Shown here: positions 51,451 through 62,344 of the stretch, in pieces
Layout of the letters: the number at the start of each line of letters is the position of its first letter
Position numbering within the stretch: position 1 is the first letter of the stretch
The notes under the pieces: model-generated
Told to the model about the DNA's origin: nothing
The model's input: the letters and a program-made list of their open reading frames with translations, nothing else
The model's database searches: none
Assembly: GCF_004010195.1 (NCBI RefSeq)
Contig: NC_057751.1
Coordinates: 13,540,267 to 13,604,266, forward strand
Length of the DNA: 64,000 nt
Direction: 5' to 3'
DNA from: Chiloscyllium plagiosum
Lineage: Eukaryota
Translations under genes and position numbers: made by a program

Positions 51451-52659
51451 AATAAAAACGTGATCGAAGCACAAGCTAATTTGAAAGACTATTTATCTCA
51501 GTTTAACCTTCAGTTTATAACCGATGATAATGGAGGTAAGGATTTACATATATCAGTTGTTACAGGAAACATTCTTTTTTCTGATTTAGCTCCCAGATTA
51601 CTGAAATTACTTCAAAAATTGACAGTTGCCGTTTTCCCCATAATCAAATGCAGAAACACAGAAGTTCATATTTTTAAAGTTAGTACTCCAAGAATTCACA
51701 AGCTAAATTCTAGTCTATTTGCAACATCTAAATCATGCACATTTTATAATTGAATCTAATTAATTTTTCAACCTTTACTTCCTTGATTGAAAATAATACT
51801 GAATGAAAATCCAATCTATTAAATGCTCACCTGCGACAATTATTTGTTGAAAACTTATTTTTGAACGTATTTAAACCTTTCAAAATATGGGGATTAAAAG
51901 ACGTATTAGTGAAATATTGGCGAATGCAACAATCTACCACCAAATTAATGTAAAGTATCGTTCTGTAATTTTGTTCAATGTGCAACTGTGTCTAAAATCC
52001 GAAATGAGGCATTATATGGAATACTTTTTGCAGGATCTCAAGAGAGTTGCACATGTATGTTTGTCGTGCCATTGATCAGACTGAATTACAATAATTATCC
52101 ACCCAACTCCCATTCACAGCAAACATGCTATTCGGGTGCCTTATCAATTATAAACTAATAATCACACAATCTACACAATGTTGCGATTGTCGGTCTATTA
52201 TTTTGCATGTTGGTTTTTAATTAAACATCAATAAATTTTGTTTCAAGAGGAGGATTTGGATTTTTATGTTAAACATATGGTACTTTCAACTGCCGGCTGA
52301 CTTCCACTCACCGTTCATTTCAAGTTCAGGAAGCAAAGGCTATATAAGAAGAGATTGGCCAAGGACATTCGTGTTTATTGTGTGTCTGTGTCAAGTGGCA
52401 CGGAAAGATGAGGAGGAGGGAGAAGTGTGGGGAGAAGGGGAAGAAGAAGGGAAGAGGAATGGGAGGAAGCCCCTTTGGACTTCTGATCAAAAAACAATGT
52501 GCATTTACACACATGCATTAATGTTAATACAATGTGTAATTTTAATATTATGTAAAGAATAGCAATTAAAATGAAACACTTTCCTTTAGGATTAAAAATC
52601 TAATCCTTTTTTTGTCCAAAAATTAAGAAAAATAATTTGTAATTGTATACAATCTATAT

Positions 52660-53540
52660 CCATGACTTATACAAAGATAATGAATGATATATCTAAGTTA
52701 GCGAATAACCAATGTTGGGAAATGTAAACTTCGAGGAGCACACAAAACGTCTGAATGAAATGAAGATGATATAGGTACACTGTGTGACATGGTCGTGGAT
52801 TCAGAAGTTTGAGGTTCTTCACTTTGGAAATAGGAGAAACAAACTTTTTTTAATGTGAAACTTTTAAATATTGATGTTCTAAGAAATTTGGGTTTACTTG
52901 TACAATAAATACAAAAATGTCAGATGCACGTATGGTAAGTAATTAGGAAGAAAATTGCCATGTTGAACTCAAATGCAATGGGACTGGAATACAAAAATAA
53001 GGAATTCTCGGTACAATTGTGTAAGACTTTGACAGACAATACCTGTACACAGTTTTGACCTGTTTATTAAGGCTATCGGAACTGATCCATCAAAAATTTA
53101 CAAGAGTGGCTCCTGGAATGCTAATGCAGTCGACACTAAAAACCTGAGTAAATTGGACTTGTGGTTTCCAACATTTAGAGGAATGAAAATTGATCTAATT
53201 GAAACATACAAGATCCTGAAGGGGCGTGAAAGGGCCGATATTGAAAGGTTGTTTCTCCTGGCAAGGGTTTCAAGAAGCGCAGTTTCAGGGTAAAGGGTTA
53301 TCCATTTAGGACGAAGGTAAGCAGCAATTACTTCTTTGGAATTCTTCATCAGAAGGTTCTATCATTGAGTAAAGTCAACATTGGCATTAGCAAAATGTTA
53401 GATCTCTCAAGTAATCGAGAGATATGGGGAATGGACAGGGTCGTGGAGGTGAAATCGAAGCTCAGTCATGATAATATTGACTGATTGAGCAGGTCAAAAG
53501 AATTCAATAGTCCATTCCTGCTGTTATTCTTATATTCATA
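52660..53540 (+). mobile_element. Old CR1-like LINE 3' portion
   Basis: Degenerate EVLHFGNR, DLIETYKILKG and CCATTCCTGCTG..ATTCTTAT tail. Confidence 0.65.
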
Positions 53541-54465
53541 AAAGTTAAAGCCCTGCATGTTGGAGTCAGTAACGTGATGGAACGCATACAATTCACTGAT
53601 ACCGCATTTTCAATTAAATTTGTCTAAATTTACATGTGATTCGCTGAAATGAGTGCCTGAAGCTTTAATGTGAACTTTAATTCTGAAGTAAAGTTTGGGA
53701 AGACGATTTGTCAGTGAAATCATGAAGGATTACAACAGCATACCAAATATAGGTATCAATAAAGTAGAGGAAGAAACAATTTTGCATTGAGTAATGGAGA
53801 CGTAACTGACCGTCACTGCAAAATATGTTGCAAAACTCCCTAAAGTTGACTTTCAATCCATCACAGTAGATCAGAAGGATTTCATCTCAGATTTTATCTT
53901 AACAAAAATGAAAGAAAGAAATCCAATAATATTCTGATATTTCCCATGGTTACAAGGTCAGCCAGGTATACTGCATTGAACATCAATTCCCAGAATGGGG
54001 CTGTTAATCAGGTTCAATTAGGGAGCCCAGGCTGACAGGTAAAAACAATGTCGGACATCCTGCCTGGCTGAGAGAGCTGGATCAGTGTCAAGGACTTTCC
54101 ATGTGTAAATTAAGGGTGACTTGGTGACAGGGTATTGGACTATGTGGAGTTTTTTTCAGTAGTGATTTCAGCAAACCACACCCCTGAAGAAATTCACTCT
54201 CGATAGCTGCCTTTAAGTTGGGGTAAGCATTTTTGGCATCATGCTTTTCCTCAGTAAGCTTGACTCATTTGATCCTTCTGCGCATTTTTTTTTACAGGCA
54301 AAAGACATTGGGGCAGATGAAAAGCAACAATTCTCCTGACAGCTTACGGACCCGCAGCCTTTTCAGTTATTGGGAGTTTAGGTTTCCCTGAGCCACTAGA
54401 TACTAAAGTTGAAACTTTATTGATGGAACAGCACAGCAGGTCAGGCAGCATCCAGGGAACAGGAG

Positions 54466-54501
54466 ATTCGACGTTTCGGGCACAGGCCCTTCTTCAGGAA
54501 T
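54466..54501 (-). ncRNA. Minimal type I hammerhead ribozyme motif (intact)
   Basis: ATTC-CTGAAGA-A-GGGC(CTGT)GCCC-GAAACGTC-GAAT; perfect helix I. Confidence 0.75.
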
Positions 54502-54640
54502 GAGCAGAGAGTGTTCAGCAGGAGAAGATAAAAGGTAGGGAGGAGGGACTTGGAGGAGGGGCGGGGGAAATGTGATAGGTGGAAAGAGGCCCCACCTACG
54601 TTCGTGACACCACCCACGCCCTCCACCTCCTCCAGGATTT

Positions 54641-55616
54641 NNNNNNNNNNNNNNNNNNNNNNNNNNNNNNNNNNNNNNNNNNNNNNNNNNNNNNNNNNNN
54701 NNNNNNNNNNNNNNNNNNNNNNNNNNNNNNNNNNNNNNNNNNNNNNNNNNNNNNNNNNNNNNNNNNNNNNNNNNNNNNNNNNNNNNNNNNNNNNNNNNNN
54801 NNNNNNNNNNNNNNNNNNNNNNNNNNNNNNNNNNNNNNNNNNNNNNNNNNNNNNNNNNNNNNNNNNNNNNNNNNNNNNNNNNNNNNNNNNNNNNNNNNNN
54901 NNNNNNNNNNNNNNNNNNNNNNNNNNNNNNNNNNNNNNNNNNNNNNNNNNNNNNNNNNNNNNNNNNNNNNNNNNNNNNNNNNNNNNNNNNNNNNNNNNNN
55001 NNNNNNNNNNNNNNNNNNNNNNNNNNNNNNNNNNNNNNNNNNNNNNNNNNNNNNNNNNNNNNNNNNNNNNNNNNNNNNNNNNNNNNNNNNNNNNNNNNNN
55101 NNNNNNNNNNNNNNNNNNNNNNNNNNNNNNNNNNNNNNNNNNNNNNNNNNNNNNNNNNNNNNNNNNNNNNNNNNNNNNNNNNNNNNNNNNNNNNNNNNNN
55201 NNNNNNNNNNNNNNNNNNNNNNNNNNNNNNNNNNNNNNNNNNNNNNNNNNNNNNNNNNNNNNNNNNNNNNNNNNNNNNNNNNNNNNNNNNNNNNNNNNNN
55301 NNNNNNNNNNNNNNNNNNNNNNNNNNNNNNNNNNNNNNNNNNNNNNNNNNNNNNNNNNNNNNNNNNNNNNNNNNNNNNNNNNNNNNNNNNNNNNNNNNNN
55401 NNNNNNNNNNNNNNNNNNNNNNNNNNNNNNNNNNNNNNNNNNNNNNNNNNNNNNNNNNNNNNNNNNNNNNNNNNNNNNNNNNNNNNNNNNNNNNNNNNNN
55501 NNNNNNNNNNNNNNNNNNNNNNNNNNNNNNNNNNNNNNNNNNNNNNNNNNNNNNNNNNNNNNNNNNNNNNNNNNNNNNNNNNNNNNNNNNNNNNNNNNNN
55601 NNNNNNNNNNNNNNNN
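54641..55616. other. Assembly gap (976 N)
   Basis: Read directly from the sequence. Confidence 1.
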
Positions 55617-55866
55617 CTTTTCCAGCAATAAAGTTTCAACTTTGATCTCCAGCATCTGCAGATCTCACTTTCTCCTCGAAGATTTCAACCTACTGCGAAT
55701 CCTCTTACAAGGATGCCTTCCTTGAAGAAGCTCTCTGCCTCTCTCTACAAAGATTTCAGTGAGTCCCTCTCTCACTGCACACCCCAGGTCATCTCCTCTG
55801 CCAACTCCCCTCCTCCAAGTCCCTTCTCCCTACCTTTTATCTTCTCCTGCTGAACACTCTCTGCTC

Positions 55867-55902
55867 ATTCCTGAAGAAGGGCCTGTGCCCGAAACGTCGA
55901 AT
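55867..55902 (+). ncRNA. Minimal type I hammerhead ribozyme motif (intact)
   Basis: Identical to 54466-54501 in the opposite orientation. Confidence 0.75.
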
Positions 55903-58138
55903 CTCCTGTTCCCTGGATGCTGCCTGACCTGCTGTGCTGTTCCAGCAATAAAGTTTCAACTTTGATCTCCAGCATCTGCAGACCTCACTTTCTCCACTAG
56001 ATACTAAAACCTTTCAAAACTTAATGGATTTAGTTAAGGTATGTTATGATCCCAAGCCTCCTCTGATTGAGTCGTCATTGTTTTTACTTGGCAACTCATG
56101 AAGCAGGGGAATCCATATCAGGATTTCTGATTTTTCTTTCCTTATCCCCAGACTACCACCAAACTGCAGTAGTGCCAGCACCCATTTCGTGTGTGTGTAG
56201 GTGTAGGACACAGTGAAGAACAACAGGTGTTTAATTCTTTATTTGTATTCCACTACCCGGAAGAAAGGAAACACCTGAGTGGCCAATGACAAGCAGTGCG
56301 CTCCTCATCAAAGGGCAACACTGGGTGATCAAAAAAGTGAAGAGGTGGACAGGGATTAAATGAAAATAGAGTTGGAGGGGGAAAAAGCACTCCACTCCCT
56401 GAGGTGCATTAAGATTTTTGATTAGGTTGAGATGACTCGCTGAGACCAGTGACTTTGATTTAACCCTTAATGAGATGCTGAGAGACCATTTGCAATGCGG
56501 GATTAATGATTTAACCATACAAAAACACATACAAGCTGAAATCCAGCTGGACTTCAAACTACAAGTGGGGTTATCATTGGAAAATGTGGCAAGTGGAGTA
56601 TATGAGTTGCAGGGTATTCTGATGAAAGTAGCACCCTCTCCTGACTGACTGAGCATGGGGAACACCACTTGAGTGAAGATAATTGCAGAGCATCATCCAG
56701 GACTTATCCAGACCAAATGGACTCTCGGTTTGCCCACAGCAAAATCTCAAAACAAAGCCAAGCCTCGGCCGAACAGATAAAAGTTTCTTCAGGATCCAAG
56801 CTGGCAAGCCATTGCAGTTGCTGCTGGTATGTGGATTTGAGATAGAGAGAGCCACACCAGACCCAAATAGACTAAGAGAACTCTTAGGCCAGCAGGCAAT
56901 TGCACAGCCTGGAAAGTCCACTAATAACTGGTTTGGAACACTTAGTAGCTTCCAAATCAGAACCAATCAAAATAAACGTCTGGTTAAGTGGTCATCCGGT
57001 TCTAATGGAGGTGAATTAAAATAGTTGTTTTTAGTGATCGCAAAACCAGTTTTAACAAAATTCACTCTGGATGCCAACCTTTAACTTTATGCAAGGCCCT
57101 TGCTAGTCTGAGAACCTACACTGGGAAACCTTTACAGATCAAGAGGACAACTTCGGTTCCGGTCTCTTATGAGAAGCTGCTGGCTCAGTTCCCACTGATT
57201 GAGGTAAAAGGCTCCCCAGCTTGATGCGGCAACATTGGTTGGGGAAGATTCACCTTGATTAATTCACCATTTTTAAGTTCAAAAATGGATGCCTAAGTGA
57301 AATCCTAATTAAATATCCAGAGGTTTTTAAGAAGGCTGGAAAGCAAAGGAATCATGAAACCTGTCCAGTTTGTGGAATTTACAGTACCAGTTGTACTGAT
57401 TATGAAGTTCCATTTGTGGAGATTTTAAACAAATGGTAAACTGCTTTCCACAGCTCAATAAGTACCCAATCACTCATGTGGAGGAGTTATACACAAAGGT
57501 AGCAGAGGGTGTGCCCTTCACAAAGCTGGACATGAGACATGCGTACTTGCAATTGCAGTTAGATGAGGATTCCTAAAAATATGCTGCAAATCATAACCAT
57601 AAGAGTTGGTACATTTTACAAGGTCTACTCCAGGTCACTGTTGATCTTGATGATGTGCTAATAATAAGGAAGACCAGACTGTTTAGATGGAGCTTGTTGT
57701 TGCAGCTATTCAATGTGACAATTGTGCATGTGGCAGGTCGTGAAAACATGACTGCTGATGTGTTATCGAGACTTGAATGAGATAGGATGGTGTTCAGTGG
57801 TGGGTGTGCCACGGCCTGAGTTTGCATGTGGTTGTGCATGTTTGCATGTGTATAGTTAGTATAGTATATGTGTGTGTTTTAGAATACTTACCAGTTTGTT
57901 TTGAAAGTTTTTAAAAAATGAAGCCATCTTTTGGTATTGATGGTTCATTTTTTAAGGGGGAGGTGTAACAAAGCTGGTTCCTCTTTATCCTTTTCTCAAG
58001 GATACTGTGTCCTTAGTTTTTCTCAGAGGGGTCGTAAACAACTCCCGGTGCTGATTAGACTGGTTTGGTACAGAGATTAAAAGGTATTGAGAGGCCTTTT
58101 TGTTTATATATAAACAGATGAGACTTCAGGCCAAAGTG

Positions 58139-58266
58139 AAAAAAAGTGAGGACTGCAGATGCTGGAGTACCAGAGTCAAAAAATGTGGTGCTGGAAAAAC
58201 ACAGCAGGCCAGTCAGCATCTGAGGAGCAGGAGAATCGACGTTTCGGGCATAAGCCCTTCTTCAGG
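58139..58266 (-). mobile_element. Penelope family B 3' end starting at a hammerhead, inside the LTR
   Basis: CTGAAGA-A-GGGC(TTAT)GCCC-GAAACGTC; duplication CTTCAGGCCAAAGTG at 58124-58138 and 58260-58274. Confidence 0.8.
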
Positions 58267-58552
58267 CCAAAGTGGTCATGTTTTAGAAGTGATGTGTAAA
58301 ATGAAAGGGGAAGGGTCAGCTCTCTAGCTGAGCAGTTCAGTCCAGAACTAGTTAGGAATTCAACAGTGAGCTGTGTGGAAACTCTCCCTCTCTCTTTCTA
58401 TTACTCTCTCTCTCTCTCCTTCTGTTCTTCTAACTTCAACCTGTAAGCATTTGTTCTATTTATACTGTTTTTTAAGAGAGTTTACTTATTGAGACAGGTA
58501 TGTATATTTGGAATAGCAAATATAGTCTCATTTGGATAGACTAAGTTCTGTA

Positions 58553-58829
58553 CCTCTGGGACACCCGGACCAACCAACCCAACCACCCTGTAGCTCAACA
58601 TTTCAATTCCCCCTCCCACTCCACCAAGGATATGCAGGTCTTTGGACCCCTCCATCGTCAGACCACAGCGAAACAACGGTTGGAGGAAGAACGCCTCATC
58701 ATCCGCCTAAAGGGCTAATGCCCGAAACGTCGATTCTCCTGTTCCCTAGATGCTGCCTGACCTGCTGCGCTTTTCCAGCAACACATTTCCATCTCTGATC
58801 TCCAGCATCTGCAGACCTCACTTTCTCCT
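58553..58829 (+). mobile_element. Penelope family B GIY-YIG fragment with internal deletion, inside the LTR
   Basis: LWDTRTNQPNHPVAQHFNSP...LEEERLIIRL joined directly to hammerhead helix II; TSD CTAAGTTCTGTA at 58541-58552 and 58830-58841. Confidence 0.8.
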
Positions 58830-59880
58830 CTAAGTTCTGTAGGAGTTCTTTATTCTGTTTTTTGTGTTTCATTGTGTAATTTTGTGAATAAATATTTTAC
58901 CTGTTTCAAAACCTGGTAGTCAACCTAGCTAACTTTTCACAGTACACTTACTGAAACAAATTGCAAAGTAATGGTCTGGGCTGCCTGCTTAAGAATGTTT
59001 TGAGTGGTTTGGCCTAGTCCGTAACACATGGCTATGCAAAATTTGTTTACCTCTGGTGGGAGGCATGGTCCAAGCTGATTTCTGTAGAATTCACCTCAAA
59101 CTGAGGGTCATGACTAGCTTACCTTTTAACCCAAGTATTCCTCCTCTCTCAGCCTATTTTGTGGACAGGTTTTTGCATCAGAAGGGAGTCAATGGATGGT
59201 TAGTTGATGGTAGAGGTTAAGAGGAGGGAAAAAGCCAGAAGGGTGGATTTGAATCCAGCTCAGTCCCACTGACTTGCCACAAACTCAACCCTCACCCATC
59301 CCTCCCAGTCCCTCAAACCTACACCTTTCAGATCCATCATAGCTTGCCAAACTCCTCTCCCCTACTTCTCACAGCCTACTCAGTTCTCATGCCAACACTG
59401 TCACTGGCCCAACATTCATTGGTATCCACTCCAAGCCATTGTCTTCCTGAGTCCTTTCAGTCCTTCTGCTGCAGACTCATTGATGCGGCTCCTGGATTTG
59501 AGCTGAGTGAAATCGCTTGTGTTGCACTATTCTTTGATCTTCCAATCACAAACTGTTTCTCTCCAGCATTTTCTTCTGATAGTTTCCGTTCATTCTCCTG
59601 AACTCCTCAGCAACAAATGTGGCTAAGAAATAACTTCTGACCAGAAGTACAGCTTCATGCAAAAATATCCATTTACACTTGTCTGTACTTTGTCCATCAC
59701 CTTGGGGAGCATTTCAGGCTCCTGCAATGGCCACGTCTCATGGACAAGCATGGTCTAAATGTACAAGTGTAGCTTAATTTTATAATATATGGTAATAAGA
59801 ACAGAAAAGAACAGCTAATGACCTGAAATATTAACCCACTATTGCTTTGCCCACAGATAATACCTGATCTATTTGTGGTT

Positions 59881-59937
59881 CTAGTGTTTTCTGTCTTTAT
59901 TTCCAAGTGCTAGTGTTTTCTGTCTTTATTTCAAAGT
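59881..59937. repeat. 29-nt tandem duplication
   Basis: CTAGTGTTTTCTGTCTTTATTTC(C/A)AAGT occurs twice. Confidence 0.85.
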
Positions 59938-60650
59938 TTCAGCATACAATTTTAAAAATTTTAACTACATATAGTTACATTTTGTTGCAAAATGTAGGTG
60001 TGTTGAATTGAAATTTAGTTAAAATGTCATGATTAGAACCATTGAAATGACCCATGATTCTAATTTGTTTCCATATTGTATCCTTTGCAGATATTGTGAA
60101 TCACAAGAATGAAGGTCATCTTTAACAGTACGTATTTACTTCCCCCATTCTACTTAAGCATTTTTAGTCCAAACAAGAAGTTTATCTCTTGGTATCTATG
60201 TCAAGCATATACACAATAGAAAGTTCCCATTGATTTGCCTCCACTGGCTTAATTTAATCACCATCACAAGCATGAATGAGAGTTACTGCACGGTTGCCTG
60301 AAACTGCAAAACATACCTTTGATAGAGAAAAAGAAAATATTTGGAATTAATTTTCACAACCTAAGGATTTCCCCAAGTGCTTCACCTGCATTGATGTAAA
60401 TTTTGAACTGTCGGTACTGTCATAAATTGTGGCAGCCAATTTGTGCACAGCAACCTCCCAAAAATACCACTGAGTCACAGAACTGTTGTATTGCAGAAAG
60501 AGGCCATTTGGCCTATCGTATTGTTACAACATGGGGTAAACCCCTCTGCTAATTTAAAGCAGCCATACCGAAATGCTCACCTCGTGCCTTAATCTGTAAA
60601 ATTTCAAGTGGCAAAGAACTATCCCAAATACCATTATTTAAAGAAAAAAA

Positions 60651-61207
60651 TGTAACAGTTTTATTCTTTAAGTCCAAATGAGAACAATAAACAACAAATA
60701 TTTTTAACTCCTTTCTTTTAAGCCTATTTATACCCCCCACCCACTCTACAATACTGGTCCGATACATGTCCTCTTAAATTTATGGCAAAATCAATTTCAA
60801 ACCCAGTTATTGTCTTCAGATGTCGAACTTTCTCTGCAGATTTCTCTTGGTCGGCTTTGATGTTCTGCTGCACAAATTTCTTATGGACAGGTACCTTTCA
60901 GAGAGCTGGCTGGCTGTTATGTTGGTTCTCCCTCTAACTGTTCATAAGTCCTATGTTATACCCCAAAACATCAGATCATTTCATTAGTTTGATGTCATTC
61001 AAAACAGTAAAATTCAAATTTGATTGGATTTTGGTGGCTGGGGCATAATTTAAACTGCTGAATTTGAATTTGTTTTTGTACCATGGCAATGTTGCTCCAG
61101 CTATTTGTGTCAATCAAATGTTACACCTTTAAATCTTTTAGCACACTGTGCACCAGCCAGAAATTTCAGCTCCCTTAAAAGGTACAGTACACATCTACAA
61201 CTTCACA
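60651..61207 (-). mobile_element. Solo LTR (family of 30512-31294)
   Basis: TGTGAAG...GTTACA termini on the minus strand; shared ATCTGATGTTT(T)GGGGTATAA. Confidence 0.6.
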
Positions 61208-61249
61208 ACAGTATGTGCACCAGCTAACCAAATAAAATTGCCAGTCATT

Positions 61250-61860
61250 TTTTTTTACCATCATCATCTAATGTCCGTTTGAAAGCCTTGATTGAAATTT
61301 CTACTTCCACACTTCCAAGCAATGCATTCTAACCCCTTAAATACCTGCTGTGTGAAAAAAGATCTCGTTTTTCATTTGCTTCTTTTGCAAATTGCTTTAA
61401 ATTTGTGGCTTTTCTTTCTTGATCCATGTACAATGAGGAATAGTTTCTCCCTCCTCTGTCCAGACCCTTCATGACTTCAAAAACTTCAATCAGCTCTCCT
61501 CTTAGCCATCTCCTCTCTAAGAGGAATAGTCCTAACTTCACCGATTTATCTTTGTAGCTGAAGGTTCTCATCACTGGACCCATTTTTGTAAATCACTTCT
61601 GGACTCTCCCTCATGCATTCATATCCTTCCTCAGTGTGTCCTCACACTGGATCAATAATCCAGCTGAGGTTTCAATAATATCTCATACAAATTCAGCATA
61701 ACATCCTTGCTTTTGTACTCTATACTGTCATGAATGAAGCCTAGGATACTGCATGCCATATTGATTGTTTTCTGTGCCTGTCCTGCCACTTTTGATGACT
61801 GATATACACTATACATCAAGGTTTCTCTGCTCCTAATCACCCTTGGCATAGTACCCTTTA
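61250..61860 (-). mobile_element. CR1-like LINE 3' fragment
   Basis: LGFIHDSIEYKSKDVMLNLYEILLKPQLDY; KLGLFLLERRWLRGELIEVF. Confidence 0.8.
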
Positions 61861-62344
61861 TTTAAGAAGAAGAATCCCTACAATTTTACACTCTTCCCAT
61901 GTTCTTCTCACAAGCTTAAAGAGAGAAATTGGTGATTTTGTTCTTTTTGAACTTCTTGTCAGTCTTTAGTCAGCAGTTTGTATTTTTAACTAAATTTTAA
62001 CTGATTTCCAAAATATTTAAAACACACGTCAGATGATAACCCAAGTAGCATAATTGTTGGATCAATAGATTGTATGTGCTGACATCAACTGGCTGATAAA
62101 TGAATCAAGGTTGAAGCATGAAAGGTATTTTGTTTGGAGACAGTCACTTTGGACTCAGCACTCTTTTAGGAGCAGAAGATTATTATGTATTTCATGCAAT
62201 ATCTTCATAAAGGGCAGAAAGTTCCAAATCACATGAAAGCAAATGAGCTGAAACTATACAGGTAAGGGATTTCTTTTCAAAGATACAGCAGACAATGAAG
62301 ATAGTGGATAGGTCAGTCACATATTCTGTAAGATCATCAACAGG

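Larger units (their letters stand above)
54408..55993. mobile_element. Young Penelope family B insertion (inverted plus tandem ends) spanning the assembly gap
   Basis: Perfect 15-bp TSD CCACTAGATACTAAA at 54393-54407 and 55994-56008; near-identical inverted arms. Confidence 0.85.
53960..57672 (+). mobile_element. Degenerate Gypsy LTR retrotransposon: 5' LTR, gag, protease and RT remnants
   Basis: The LTR ends at about 54158. Gag-like LTAYGPAAFSVIGSLGFPEPLDTK|TFQNLMDLVKVCYDPKPPLI is split by a PLE insertion. RT motifs ICGDFKQMVN, KYPITHVEELYTKVAEGVPFTKLDMRHAYLQLQLDEDS* and DLDDVLI. Confidence 0.8.
57673..59026 (+). mobile_element. 3' end of a second LTR retrotransposon: RNase H C-terminus, PPT and LTR
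   Basis: RLFRWSLLLQLFNVTIVHVAGRENMTADVLSRLE* (stop 57778-57780), PPT AAGGGGGAGG, then an LTR TGTAAC...GTAACA at 57964-59026 with AATAAA at about 58887. Confidence 0.75.

Noticed and set aside
54441..55725. Four long ORFs of 347-404 aa
   Set aside because: Artefacts of translating through the N gap.
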